Below are positions 1 through 14,694 of a stretch of DNA of 64,000 nucleotides, piece after piece. Numbering within the stretch: position 1 is the stretch's first letter; every line of letters begins with the position of its first letter. The stretch comes from Eledone cirrhosa. Lineage: Eukaryota. The stretch is taken from the NCBI GenBank assembly GCA_964016885.1, contig OZ024743.1, positions 29,264,001-29,328,000 on the forward strand. Reading direction: 5' to 3'. A model generated the notes under the pieces. The model made no database searches. It was not told the origin of the DNA and was given only the letters and a program-made list of their open reading frames with translations. Both the position numbers and the translations under genes were made by a program.

Positions 1-84
1 TGAGTTCTTTAGACTCATGAATAGTCCATGGTTTTCTTGATTTGTGACACTCCCACATTTTTGATACGTAGTTGATGGCTCCCC

Positions 85-358
85 GTGCTTGCCTTGTCTA
101 TCCTGGTATCCACATCCTGAAATTAACATGCAAGTGGCTGCGCATTCCACAAACACGTGCATCTTTAACGTAGTACTCAGGGAGATTCCGCGTCACACAG
201 AATGTGACATGGCTGGCCTTTGGAATTACAATTGGAACTCAGTTTTGTCAGCTGAGTTGACTGGAACAACGTGAAATAACGTGTTTTGCTCATAAAGAGT
301 CGAACTCACGAACTTACGATCGTGAGCCGGATGCCCTAACCGCAAAGCCACGCACCTT
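85..358 (-). mobile_element. tRNA-headed SINE (CORE/Meta-like), diverged
   Basis: Minus strand begins with a tRNA-like head (GGCTTTGCGGTTAGGGCATCCGGCTCACGATCGTAAGTTCGTGAGTTCGACTC), then TGAGCAAAACACGTTATTTCACGTTGTTCCAG. Related copies lie at about 43055-43320 and 48420-48735. Confidence 0.7.
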
Positions 359-541
359 CACACACACACACGCACATACATATATACGCACATATACAAG
401 CAACATGCACACACATATATAAGTATACACACATACACACGCACACAAGCGCGCACACACACACACACACACGCACATATATATATATATGTATATATAC
501 ATGTGTGTGTATATATATATATATGTGTATGTGTGTGTATG

Positions 542-580
<39 letters not shown>

Positions 581-896
581 TTTCAGATGAATATGAATGT
601 AACACAAGGTAATTTTACATCCATCATTTATGCGTAGATATTTGTTCCTGTTTCTTTCTTCTCCTCTTCCATCCATTATAGTATGATGTTGACATGTGTG
701 AAATATCATAAAAACTTCCATAAACGTCTATGTTCAAAGCCTTAATGCACATGATATTAATGCATTCTCTCTCATCACGTCATTTATAAAGCTTTATTAC
801 TCAATATTCTGCATTTGTGTTGTCTTACTTACCTTCAATAAGTACGTATGTAGAAAACATTTCGTGTTTGAAGATATTTCTTTAATTGCAGACACC

Positions 897-938
<42 letters not shown>

Positions 939-1003
939 TATATACATATATATATATACATATATACATGCATATATACATATATATATACATGCAAATA
1001 TAC

Positions 1004-1048
<45 letters not shown>

Positions 1049-1053
1049 AATAT

Positions 1054-1107
<54 letters not shown>

Positions 1108-1236
1108 TGATATATATATATCACTTTCCTTTGTTCTAATACACACCGATGAGGGAGAGGGAGGGTGAGAAAAAGAGGGGAGAGAAGGAGAGAAGGAGAG
1201 AGAGGGGAGAGGGGGTAGAGGGAAAGAGAGAGAGAG

Positions 1237-1597
1237 AAATGAAATGGGAGAGGAAATCGGGAAAGGAGAGAGTGACGGAGCAAGAACGAGGGGTGTATGA
1301 TTTGAAGGGAATAAGAGAGAGAGGGAGAATGAGAGAAAATGAGTGATGTAGATAGCGAGTGCATGAGACAGAACGAATGAGAGGGATAGCAAGTAAATGT
1401 CTGTGTGAGAGAGGGGGCAAAATGAAATGGGAGAGAGAATGAGTAAGGGAGATAGAGAGGGATCAAGAAGTAGAGGCAATATGCGTTTGAGGAAATAAGA
1501 GAGAGAGAGGGAGAGGGAGAAAGAATGAGTGAGATAGATAGCGAGTGAGTGAGACAGAATGAGTGAGAGAGATAACAAGGGAATGTGTGAGAGAGGA
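1237..1597. repeat. purine-rich ~183-bp diverged tandem duplication
   Basis: AAATGAAATGGGAGAG...GATAGCGAGTG..TGAGACAGAA...TGTGTGAGAGAGG occurs twice, starting at about 1237 and 1420. Confidence 0.7.
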
Positions 1598-1698
1598 AAA
1601 AACGAGGGAGAGAGAGTGGGGGGGGGGCATGAACAACTATATACACATATCGGCATTACATACACAAAGTACACAAAGCCTAAACATACATATGCACA

Positions 1699-2319
1699 TC
1701 TATATATATAAAGTTGTATTCCTCTCTGTTTGTTTGTTTGTTTGTTTGGAGATAGACCCCCATAACCATATATATTCTGAAACTACATTCCCCAGGGTAC
1801 TTGGATAAGTATATTTCATTTTAATCAAATGCCCGGGGCACAAAAACGTCGCTGAAAAATTTGTCCCTTCGATTTATATGAAATTTAAACCATAGATAAA
1901 TGACAAGATATGATGCCTATTCACAAAATTTCAGCAAATTTCAATAATATTAAGACACGCTATTAGGGTTACCCGGAGGCTCAAACCCCACTGAAAATGT
2001 TTTACCTTCGATTTATTTGATATTTAAACCATAGGTAAATAACAAGATATGATGCCTATTCACAAAAGTTTTGAATTGATATTTTGAAAAAAATTATTTA
2101 CAAAAAACAAAATAAGAATAAGATTTCATAATGTAATTTTGATTTGATATATTACAAAAAATATTGTTTTCCCATTTTTCATGGTTTAAAATTTACATTG
2201 AGTGTAATATTGAAATGCAGAGTTTTTCTCCTTAAATGATATCACTGATTTAAAATCAATCATCATTTTCTTACCCAAAAAATGTGTGAAACGCAGCAAG
2301 GCGCGGGAAATTCGGCTCG
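1699..2319 (+). mobile_element. non-autonomous Helitron-like element
   Basis: Starts A|TCTATATATATAAAG followed by (TGTT)n. Ends with a GC-rich hairpin-like CGCAGCAAGGCGCGGG and CTCG|T (one mismatch from CTAG), so it sits in an A|T target. Contains an internal ~80-bp duplication (1852-1931 vs 1991-2071). Confidence 0.7.
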
Positions 2320-2584
2320 TGTACATATATAATCATCTTTCTGTGTATTCTGGTCTATTTTACCTCGTTACTTGCCCATTTAGTCCTCTTGTTTGTTTCA
2401 AGGAGAGTTACTGGGCTGTTTTCTCCTGTTACTGGACGTAGTGGTTACCATCCATAATATACTGTAATCTTTAAATATCTAACTAATGGCTTATGACCGG
2501 AAACGGTTTGTTTCCTTTGTATTGTTTCGTTAAGTCTCCTATTAGATTAATATATATACAAGCAAATATATATTTCATAGGCTT

Positions 2585-3450
2585 ACCTACCCATCTTAGC
2601 ATTATTCTGAAATGTACGTACTAATTTACATATAATTAGCATTCGTTGTGGTAGTTAATTATAAGTATATTTGATAAAGTTATAACTGTATAAATAGAGA
2701 GTGTGTAACCGACTGCAATGACGTGTATAAATATATACATATCTTTAATATGTAGGCATCTTAACGTGTCAGAAAACATGAATTTCCCAGTAAATAGCCT
2801 TTATCAGAACTAATGGGACCCTCATGATAAGGCGTGTATATCATCAAATAAACCATATTTATTTGATAAGTACATATATACTCATTCGCTCTAAGTGTTA
2901 TTCTGAAATGGACATACACATTTGCTTATAATTAGTGCCATGTTGGTAATTAATTAATATATATATTAAGAAGTGCGCTAGCAGCCGACGTGTATGATAA
3001 AACTTTATCTATTTAAATGCAGAGTTTATATCCGAGCAGAAGGCGTGTATATCATCTAATAAACCATATGCATTTGATGGGTATATATATGTATATCCAT
3101 CTGCTCTAATGGACATACAAACATGCATATAATTAGTGCCCGTGTTAGTAATTAATTAATATATATATATATTAACTGCGCTACCAGCCGATGTGTATGA
3201 TAAAACTATATCTGTTTCAATGCAGAGTTTATAACCGACACTGCAGTGACTTGTATAAATATATACAAGACACTGCAGTGACTTGTATAAATATATACAT
3301 ATATCTAATATGTAGGCATATAAATGTGCCAGAAAATACAAATTTCCCTGTAAATAAAAAAAAAAAAATGATAAACACCTTTAATTCTTTTTCAGATATA
3401 ATTGGACTCTCACCAGAAGGCATATATACATATCATCTAAACAACCACAA
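2585..3450. repeat. three degenerate ~200-350-bp tandem units
   Basis: Blocks ATAATTAGTGCC..GTAATTAATTAAT, GTGTATGATAAAACT, AAGGCGTGTATATCATC and AATTTCCC.GTAAATA recur in the same order. A ~31-bp local duplication GACACTGCAGTGACTTGTATAAATATATACA lies at about 3237-3299. Confidence 0.7.
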
Positions 3451-3649
3451 GGGCATGTTTACATGCCGAAATATTAGATATGTGTATATATTTATAGATA
3501 TTGGTGCAGTCTTGATTACACACTCTATATTTATGCAGTTATAACATTATCATACATTTTGGCTGTTAGTGCACTTCATAATATGTATATATATATATGT
3601 TGAAGAAAAAATAGTTATATTTTTGTCTATTAATTTTAAGAGGGTGTTG

Positions 3650-3740
3650 TAAGATACCAGGTGGATCAGAACGCACCAGACAGAGTACTCAATACTAGCT
3701 ATCGAAAAGGCCGGAGCTCAGCTGGCGGGGTCCTGACACT

Positions 3741-3803
<63 letters not shown>

Positions 3804-4300
3804 AAACGTAAACAGAAATAACAACACAATCGGTACAGTATATGGAAGGGATATATTAGGTTAACGCTTGATATAGCAGGAAGAGGGTCTTATAAATTAA
3901 ATATTTCTTAATGTTTGCTACTGAGTGTACGATCTATTCCTTAATCTCTGAAATGACAAGCCTGTTGGCTGAATTGATTTGAATGTCACACTAACAACGC
4001 AATTGATGTCGGTCCTGTTGCAACATTACCCTGTTTCCGATTAAAAATTTATTTTTATCATCTAGGTTCACACATATATGTTGTATGTTTTACTACCATC
4101 GAGATTGACGTCGATTCATTATGCCACCATATAAAGAAATATATCTTCATATATATCACACCATACTTTCAGTTCGATTAAACTTTGTCTTTGCATTAAT
4201 TTAGAAAAAAAGATTGCAATAACAAAGCGTTTAACTTGCTAATATTCATCTGACCGTTGGCGCAAATCTTGTGTGCATTAGCTCTCGATAACATTGATTC
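3650..4300 (-). mobile_element. highly decayed Penelope-like retroelement relic
   Basis: Minus strand gives ELMHTRFAPT (cf. G-x-AMGT-x-FAP) at about 4254-4284. A frameshifted YI-EDIF-FIWWH (cf. RYIDDIFFIW) follows at about 4121-4165. Confidence 0.5.
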
Positions 4301-4711
4301 ATTTATTATTCAAATGCCCCCATTTTGGGATTTTGTTGAAGTCGAATTTATCTTTATCATGTGAACATAAAATATGCTTCATAGGTTACTTGAAACATTA
4401 ATCTAAATGTATACTGCATTAAATCGCTGTTTAACTGTTTTTCTTTCTTAAATATATTAAGCAACCTTCGAAAACAGGCTTATAATTATCATATATTTAT
4501 AAATATTTGTCTTTGTGTAAACACCCCCACCCCACCCACAATGTCTTAAACATTTCTTTCTTATTGGCCAACATGCTTTCATTTTCTCTTTCTTTCGTCT
4601 GTAGCTATTACCTGCTTCTCTGCTACCACTACCACTACCACAGTGTTGAATGTGTTTTACTACTCCTTGTGTTACTTCAGGCCACTCTCTCTCTGATATA
4701 ATATCAGAAAC

Positions 4712-4766
<55 letters not shown>

Positions 4767-5121
4767 TTAGAGGAGGAATATGCGAAATTCATCAATGGGT
4801 ATAACAACAATTTTTCAATTATAATTTCTATTATAGAAATGAAATAGACGTGAATTCATTTTCATGTCTCTCCGTATGTAGAAAACGACTGAAATTGTTT
4901 CAGTTGCTCTAATTCTCTGTTCTCTGAGAGATATAGCTTATAGCCGTTTATATAAAACACAAACCAGGACTAAGCGACAATATCCAAGCTCATATGTTAA
5001 TTAATTAATTAATGATTTTGTATCCGACACACTGCATATTAGAAAATGCAAAATACCTTTATTTTTAATGTAGGTATGGGGATTTAAAATAACCTCTCCG
5101 CCATAAAACAAAGCCGACACT

Positions 5122-6480
5122 ATGCGAAGGACTGTAATTTTTCGCACGATTTTGAACAAACAAAAAAAACCGGCTTTCCTTACTCAAGGCGCGAAATTGA
5201 AATCGTCTTGAAAGAGGCAATGCCGAAAATAGAATACATACAAAGGGCTAAACTCTAATGAAGCATTTCGGTGCTCTTCAAAAGTGAGGCCCTTGCGAAA
5301 AAATACTCAGTGACACCGGTCACCTCTGCCACACATACCTTTTTCCCCACATATATGGGAAAAAGAACACAAAGAATAAACATCACCAATATACTACCCA
5401 ACATTAACATCTGGTGGATTCTGGCAGGGTTCTTGGAGGAAGATGAAGACACAATACTGTCGATTCAAAAATCCACAAGAAACACCTGGAACGGCACAAG
5501 CTTGGAAATTTTGATCCAAATGAAACCGGACAGAATTTCCAAGATACCAGAAAGGGTGCCAGTAGACAATACCAATTACATCCACATTTCGGCAGATGGC
5601 TGGAGACCACATTGTTTTAAATTCGCAAGCACATCGCATTTAAAGGCCTCCTGTCCCCTCTTACGAATAAACACCACTACCCCCAAAAAGTACTTTTACC
5701 AACTCCCAAACCACCACCACAACAACAACAACACACAAAACAATCAAACACACAAAAACAAACAACTGTTCAACCACAAACAACAGAAAAAACACAAACA
5801 ATTCCCCTGAAAAACACAGTCCCATCCCATCCAACTCCATCCAACACTACCACAATCACACACACAAACACACCATCACCACACAACATACCCTTTCCAC
5901 ACGCCCCTGATGACGATTCATCACCAGACGAGGCTACTTCTCCATCCCCAAGTGAAAATGAAAGAGAGCCTCGTAAATCAAAAAAAGAAAAAAAAAGAGA
6001 CACCACAAAGCCACAAAAACAGCAATCACCAACACAAACATACAACCAGCAACATAAATAACAACACAAACACCACCACAATCAAGCCCCCCTACCAGCA
6101 AAACAAACACCAACACCACCCAAACACAAATGCCCACCATAAAAGAAAAACTACAAAATGAACAACAAACCAAAACAACACAACAAAAAAACATACATTA
6201 ACACAAACAACAAAAACCCAATGGAGGTCATCTCCCAAAACCCCAATTATAAACTGAGGGGAAAACTTTTGTAAAAGCAGACTCTCATCCACAGCTAAAA
6301 CTAATAAGGGTTTCGATAGAGACCTATCAGATATTGAAAGAACAGTTTTCACAGGACGTTGGCAACCCCTGCCAAAATCCAATAAACTGTGTCTTGTTGA
6401 AATGTTTCCCCACCCCACTCAACAGCCCCACCAGAACTGAAATGGAGATTGAACAACCCGATCTCCAGGAAACGAAAAGG
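5122..6480 (+). pseudogene. Tx1-type ORF1 (gag-like, zinc knuckle), disrupted
   Basis: ORF 5271-5810 contains DGWRPHCFKFASTSHLKASCP (CX2CX4HX4C with the second Cys lost), followed by an A/C-rich low-complexity tail. Confidence 0.75.
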
Positions 6481-6524
6481 TAAGTGCACCTTTTCGTCCT
6501 TTTTGCCAACTCTTCTCCACCAAT

Positions 6525-9500
6525 ATGACTGACTTATGAGTTGGAAGCGTGAATGCGCGTAGCCTAGGGATGCCCTGGAAACAGAGCCAACTTTTAAACG
6601 ACCTTAGGTCACACGGTATAGATGTAATAACCATCACCGAGTCCAGGATCCACAACAGACAGCAACTAACCCCATCTTCAATGACTTTGAGATCTACGCA
6701 TCTCTCTGTCAGCCGGGAGGTGGAGGGGGAGTGACTGTCATGTTTCGGAAAAACCTGGATCTCGAAGTACAGCAAGTACACTTGGACCCGGAGAGTAGAC
6801 TGGTAGTCCTAGAGCGAACAGTATTGGAGGTGGAGCCTTCAGACTGGCGGCCGTTTATGCGCCGACCGGGCAATCACAATCGCGGCCAGACTTCTTTAAC
6901 CGTCTGGAGTATTTTCTGGGAACGTCTTGCGCCTTGCTTTTAGTGGGGAATGGAATGGTATCCTAGATACACGATGGGACTATGTGGAAGCATGTCCCAG
7001 TAGAGCGGGGTGCAACAGCCTCAAAAATCTAATCGGCCAATTCCAACTGGCCGATAGATATCGACTAGATTTCCCGACTGCACCACAGTGGACGTGGGCA
7101 AACCGCAGTGGGACATCTAGATCGTATCTAGATAGGTTTTCCATTAGAGAAAAGGACAAGAAGATGTTAAGCTGTCCACAAATGCACATGGTTGCCTATT
7201 CAAATCACAAACTAGTCGTCTGCATAGACAACCGTGATGGAATACATAGACAAGGACCCAGAAACTGGAAGCTGAACGTTTCATTGCCGGCACGAAAAGC
7301 CTAGAATGAACGGATAAGTAGATTAGTTAAGCAAGAGTTGACGGGAGCGATCGTCAACAATAGATGGTGGTACTCTCTCAAGAGAGCATTTAGAGTAAAA
7401 TCGATAGGGTTTAGCAGAGAATTAGCTTTAGAGAAAAACAAATCAGAAGCAGAACTAGTAGCCAAAGTAGAAGAGGCGCTTAGGAGTGGCAACTCAGCTA
7501 GAGTGCTAGCATCGAGAACGGCACTGGACCAGTTCTACGACGCGAAACACGAAGGCTGCGTGGTCAGAAGTAAATCACGTGCTCTAGGAAACGAAGGAAC
7601 AAAAGCTGTTAGCTGGGCCCGAGTGGCGGAAGTGAAAAGTGGCAACAAGTCCACGATTCGGTCTTTGAAAGACCAAAACGGACGCGTGCTACTTGACCCC
7701 AGGCAGATGTGCGCGCCCTTTCAACGGCACTTTGCGCGACTGTTTGAGCAGAACGACGGTCCACCGAACGGGGCAATGGACTTTGGTTCATATCTCGACG
7801 GCATGCCGCGTCTCTCGAGCATGGACGCCGAGTTCTGCGAAAGACCGATCACAGCCACTGAGATACGGGAAGCTTTGGGCCGCTGCGGGAAAGGCAAATC
7901 ACCCGGTCTAGATGGTTTACCCTTTGAGTTTTACATAGGAATGCCGGACTTGTTCTCTAGCGTCCTCGAAGCCGTCTACTGCAATGGCAGCAGAACGGGA
8001 CAATTCCCAGTTCTGCAGGCAAGGGCGTAGTAACGCTGATCAGGAAAGACGAGAACAAGGGGGACGAAATAAACAATTTCAGGCCCATAACTCTGCTCAA
8101 CACAGAGTTAAAGATGTTGGCCAAGGTGCTAGCAACGAGGCTGGCGCTTGTCGTCGAAAACCTGGTAGACAAAGCGCAAAAGTGTGCAATCTCGACCAGG
8201 TCCATACACGACGACCTGCACCTCATGCGATACATCATAGAGAGGGAAGTGTGTAAACCCGGCTTCTGTGGGGCGTGGGGCTCTGATCAATTTAGATCAG
8301 TCTAAGGCATTCGATAGGGTCGACCATCGATACTTGAAATCGGTTCTCAAGGCGGCCAGTTTCGTTCCCGTTTTCAGAGGCTGGATCAAGGCGATGCACA
8401 CCAGCATCTGCTCGATGGTCAAGGTGAACGGCTACCTATCGGAGCCGTTTGCAATCACGCGTTCCATTCGACAGGGATGCCTTCTCTCCTACATTCTGTA
8501 CGTATTGACTCAAGAGCCACTACTGCGGAAGTTGGAGCTTTTGCAGGTCATCCCTTTAGAACCGTGACGGTAATGGTGTCGAAAACCTCGGAAATCGAGG
8601 TAATCGGCAACCTACTACAGGAATACGAAAGGTTCACAGGAGCAAAACTGAACCTGGACAAGTCCGTCGGTTTGCAACTCGGAACGTGGAGAGGCAAACC
8701 GATGCCGTCCGACAGTGTTGTCGGACGCTGGACGGAAGGACCGGTGAAATTGCTCGGGGTCTTGTTCAGTCCAAATCTCCAGGTGGAGAAAAACTGAAAC
8801 GAGGTCATGGCCAAGGTATTTGCGCTCACCCAGAAGTGGGCTGAGTGCAAACTGTCTTTGAAAGGTCGAGCGGAGATGGTGAACACTTTCATAGAGTCCG
8901 TCATCTATTACCCCTTGAGTGCCGTACCTTGTCCCCGTGAATACCTTACCAAGATGGAACGCATGCTCTTCCAGTTCCTGTGGAAGAAGCAGGCTCCACT
9001 GGTGAGGAGATCCGTCTGCTGTCAACACCCTTCCAACAGAGAACTGGGCATGCCGTGGCTAATGATGCGCAAACCGTTTGTGAGACGGGCCTTCCCACAA
9101 CTTATCTTGTTGACGGAGATGCAGTCCTGGGTCAAGCGAAGACCGAAGATGATGGGCACCTGGCACATTGAATGCGCCCAGGCGCTCACAGTCCTCTGTC
9201 AGGCGGGCACAGCAATCAGTGGAGACTCCACTTCGACATTCTATAGATGGTTAGTACTTTACAAGTGCGACGACGTGCTCGGGGAGACACTAGGCGTCGA
9301 AGACGACCAGCTCACCAGTCTGTTCGGTAGGACTTTCCGCCCGGAACCTATGGACAACTTCCAGAGGGGCCTGGCCTGGCAGTGCTACCGAGGAGCACTA
9401 CCGGTTCGAGATAAGGTCTACAGGTACGGACGCCCCGGCAGGGATCCTTCCAAGAGGACGTGTCCAAGATTCGAGCAGGACATTGAAACCGTCTTGCACG

Positions 9501-9818
9501 CAATTGTACAATTGACAAATCCAGTTGACTGACGAGTCCATAGTAAGGATCAAACCGCCAGCCTCTTTCAAAAACGAAAGAGAGGCGGTTTTCCTCTGTA
9601 CTGTGGCTATGGTGAAAGAGGTTATATGGTGGACGAGATTGAGAGGACTGGGGACAGATGCCTTTCTCTCCGGACAACAATTGATTCCCTTCTTTACGTA
9701 TCACTTTAGAAGAAGAATCAGAGTGGAGAGAGAGGCACTGCACCCCAGTAAATTTACTGAAAGGTGGTGGAATGAAGCGAAAATGGCCCGAGTGATTGGG
9801 CCTTCTCTGTTTATATGA
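6525..9818 (+). pseudogene. Tx1-type ORF2 (APE endonuclease + reverse transcriptase), disrupted
   Basis: Motifs seen: MTDL*VGSVNARSLG, ITESR, SYLDRF, YSNHKLV, WKLN, KSPGLDGLP, FRPITLLNTELKMLAKVLATRL, LDQSKAFDRVDH, RQGCLLS and CPRFEQDIETVLH. They are split over more than 8 ORFs. Confidence 0.92.
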
Positions 9819-10404
9819 CTGTAGGTTAAAGAAGAGAGGAAAGGAAGAAGGGAGCACTTGCACAACCCGCTCCTGAAGTTGAGGGTTGTTCTATCGACGG
9901 GGTATTAAACAACCCATTTGTTGGGTCTCCCCCTATTCGGGGTTTCGATTGTTATAATTGTTTGTTTTATATTTTTCTTACACGACTGTATGTAAAATCC
10001 CGGTATGTTTTTGTATTGTCCCCTTTTCTTGTGCGCCCTTGTGGCAAATAAAGAAATATATCTTATTTTTGCATTTTTTCTTATTCTCTTAATCAACTTT
10101 TATTCCATTCTTCTCTAAATTTCACCGTGTTCCAATAACTATCGCCAAGCTGCTGAATCTTTCTCTCTTTTACTCGCCCACTATATCTCTCAATCTCCCC
10201 TCCCTCTCTATCTCCTTGGCCCCCAGTCATTCTAATTTCAATCTATTTATCTGTCTACTTTTGCTCTCTTTGTAGTATAGTTTCTCTTTGACCTCTCTCA
10301 TCATAACCAATGCTTTCTTTCTTCTTCCAGCAGGACAGATTTGGGGGAAAAAACAACCACCAGAAAAAACACAACGAAATCAAACACACACAAAAACAAC
10401 TATA

Positions 10405-10483
<79 letters not shown>

Positions 10484-10708
10484 GTACACGTCAATACTCA
10501 TCTTTTTCCATTTCTTTGAGAGTTCTAAATCCCACTAACCAGGCTAAAAGTTCTTTAGTCAAAAATACAGCGAAAGCTTCTATTTCTAATTTCAAACTCG
10601 TTCGCTGTTTCAAAACATATTTACGTGTCATACCTGCTAAAAATGTAGCTTCTAATTTAATGGAAGGAGATGGGTGATGTTTTGGTGCAAGGATAAGCAC
10701 AGTGGTCA

Positions 10709-11520
<812 letters not shown>

Positions 11521-11810
11521 ACACACATTCTCTCTCTTACACATACACACACACTTGCACACACTTGTACACGACGTCATGCATGATAACACACATACAC
11601 ATCCATACAAAGACACAGACACAAACACATATAATTTCAAAAACTTTGACTTAAAATTCGAGTCAACAAAGAAATCTCAACTTTGACTTGCGGCCTGTTT
11701 GTTCTCATATTCTCTGAGCAGTTAGATCATATAACTAAATATATATATAAATATATATATATATATACTGCTTACGGACCCTTTAAGCATCCTACCCCAA
11801 TTATATATAT

Positions 11811-11886
<76 letters not shown>

Positions 11887-13317
11887 TTGTAACGTTTATA
11901 TCCTGCTTTACGTTAGTGTAGTGTACTACGTTCAATAATTGTCTTACTGGTCTTAACAAGTAACATTTCATCTCTCCCTCTCTCCCTCTTTCTCGCTCAC
12001 TCTCTCTCACCACTCTCTCGCTATATGTATATATGTGTGTATAGATTAACATATATACACACACATATATATATGGGTATGTATGTATGGACCCATAACT
12101 CATGAAGGAGTCGTAATGGCACCGTACTGGCATTTTTAGGGCTTATGTTTTAAACCTGGCAGAGCCCATCTCTTCTCCAGGTCTGAATACAGCAGATTTC
12201 TTCCAGAGAATGATAGAGAGAAAGAATGAAAATGAGAAAGAGATATGGAGGAAGAATCGACCCTAGTACTAGACAGGTACATATTTTTTATCGACCTTCA
12301 ATGGATAAAAGTTAAAGTTGGCATCGGTGAGATTTGAAATCAGAGAGCCGAAACGAATACCACAAAGCACTCTGCCTTTCTGATTACTCTACCAATTATA
12401 TGTGTATATAAAGACATAAACATATCTGCTTATCTTTTATATTTCACACTCACCCCTTCTCGCCTCTCTTTCTTATATAAATCTAAGCCAGAATATTTAT
12501 ACAAATTACACACATATAGGATTACAAAGCCGCATGCATACACAGCTACATGCAATACAGAACATTTATGTTGAACATAAATACAGATAAGAATCTACGC
12601 GCTCATAAGGAACGTAACATTGAAAACCTCATATAAATTCGTATAAAACTCACTTTCCTCACAGCACACACAATTTACTCACAAAATACACGCACAGTTG
12701 TTCACGAGGCAACGAGAATGACTTCTACATAATCGCTTATTCACTCACATCCACACATGTTTTCTACACACACATACAATTACTATACACATTCACACAT
12801 GCAATTAACTCAAAATGGAGCCTTTAGAGAGTCGCTATACCTGTTAGAAACAGCAACCAAATCCCCTTCAAATCACACATTTTCTTCATAAATGAGCGAA
12901 GACATTGTTCAGTGCAGTTTCAGAAATAAACAAAATGTCAGAATGGTTATGATGGAAATGGTTTGATCAGGTGTCTACATAATTAGGGCCGGTCCCTGGT
13001 CAATAACGTACATACCACATGCTATTAAGATTCAGATATAAACTACACGTTTATATACACAGCAGAGAAACATAGCTTAAGTAGCTCTATACAGACCCTC
13101 CTCGAAAACCCATAGCATAGACAATATATCCAAATAAAGCAAACTCGTACACAGACATAAATACACATCACACGAAAATAAAAGCACACAAGCCAAACAA
13201 CATGTAAGGATATGTGCCCAAACCTTCAACGAAACAACATATAACTGCAAAAACATGCAACTATACACTGCTAGAGCACACAGAACAATGTCACATATAT
13301 ATATACATGCCAATATG

Positions 13318-13536
13318 ATTGTTTCTACTTTAGGCACACGGCCAGCAATTTGAAGGGGGAGGGGGAAATCGATTAAATCGACCCCGGTGTATTACTGGTG
13401 CTTTATTTATCGACCCTGTCAAGATGAAAAGCAAAGCTAACCCCGGCGCGATTTGAATTCAGAACGTAAAGGGCCGCAACTCCAGGTAACAAAACATGTT
13501 GTCTGACGCTCTACCGATACTGCCAATCCACCACCT
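13318..13536 (-). mobile_element. tRNA-headed SINE family A (central GCCTTTCATCCTT..GGGGTCGATAAAATAAAGTACCAG domain, Nin/OR-like), long form
   Basis: Matches the other family-A copies. TSD ATGCCAATAT(G/A)AT at 13307 and 13540. Confidence 0.88.
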
Positions 13537-13619
13537 TGTATGCCAATATAATGACAATATTTTCTCATACTTATCAACACATTCAAATCATTCACTTCTT
13601 CAATATCCTCAATAAAAAA

Positions 13620-13890
13620 AGGTTAAAGTCTGTCCCATACTCCGAAGCTAATGTCGATTTCATTGGCGTTAAGCAACTGAGTGTACAACACTATTTCTAA
13701 CATGGACAGGATGCAAGTCCGTTGGATGTTCACCTCGCCTCAGCTACTACTAGCATTAATTTTAAGTGGAGTAGCCAAGAACAACATGAAATAATGTGTT
13801 TGTTCAATAATACAACTAGCCGCTCGGTAGAGAAATCGAACCCCTGACATTGTTGTCGTGAGCTCATCACAGTAACCACTAGGCATTCAC
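13620..13890 (-). mobile_element. diverged tRNA-headed SINE (family of 35723-36019)
   Basis: Minus strand begins GCCTAGTGGTTA...GGGTTCGATTTC; the body resembles the copy at 35723. Confidence 0.6.
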
Positions 13891-14694
13891 AATATTCTCA
13901 ACATGTAGAGCCAAAACGCCCACACACATACACAGCGTTGACTGAACACACAAAAACAACTTCAAAACAATAACAGTTGCATATAAACAAAGTAAATATT
14001 TATACCAATGCACATACATTTACACCACACATACTCATATGACACACACATATATATATGTTGGGCATATACTGATATCAAAATACACACCATGACATCT
14101 TCAAAAGACAATTGATGTATGCATGCCATTGAAGTAACGATATCATTGATGTATGTGTATCGTTGATGCATATGTAGCATTGTTGTATTTTATTACCAAT
14201 TGTTGCTGCATCAATATACGAACAACTGAAAAGTTATCTCGTAATGCAGTACATTATTACATAGTATATATTATGACTTAATGATATGTGTGACGTAATG
14301 TCTCTATAATAAGCGTTCAGTTATTTATTGTATGAATATCAAATTCTTACTGTTTCACACAGAGCAGGGAGTGGTTAAGGTATGGGATATTGGACATCAT
14401 TGGAACTGCGTTGTGAAAACTTTCTCTTTGACAGACCAACTAGATAAATCACTATGTATTTGGATAAATCCGTGCAGATCATTCAGATTGTATTCAGATC
14501 GTGTTTTCGTGAGGTTGGTAAATAGAAATAAAGGTTGTCTACAATTTCAGATATTCGGCGACACAAATTACATGTTTGATATCTTAAAGTGGTCAATGGA
14601 TCTGCTAGATATAACCATTAAATCTCCTTCACATTAAACACGATCGTCTTAAACAGAAATAAGACTTTGAAAAATGTTCTAAATATAATTTTCC

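Larger units (their letters stand above)
5100..10056 (+). mobile_element. Tx1/L1-clade LINE, near full length, inactivated
   Basis: ORF1 has a decayed zinc knuckle. ORF2 has an AP endonuclease, RT and C-terminal Cys/His motif. A T-rich 3' UTR ends in AATAAA at 10047. There are many stops and frameshifts, and no TSD was recognised. Confidence 0.92.

Noticed and set aside
5042-10080. Loose inverted similarity GAAAATGCAAAATA / TATTTTTGCATTTTTTC flanking the Tx1 element
   Set aside because: Low-complexity AT-rich match; LINEs make direct TSDs, so this is likely chance.
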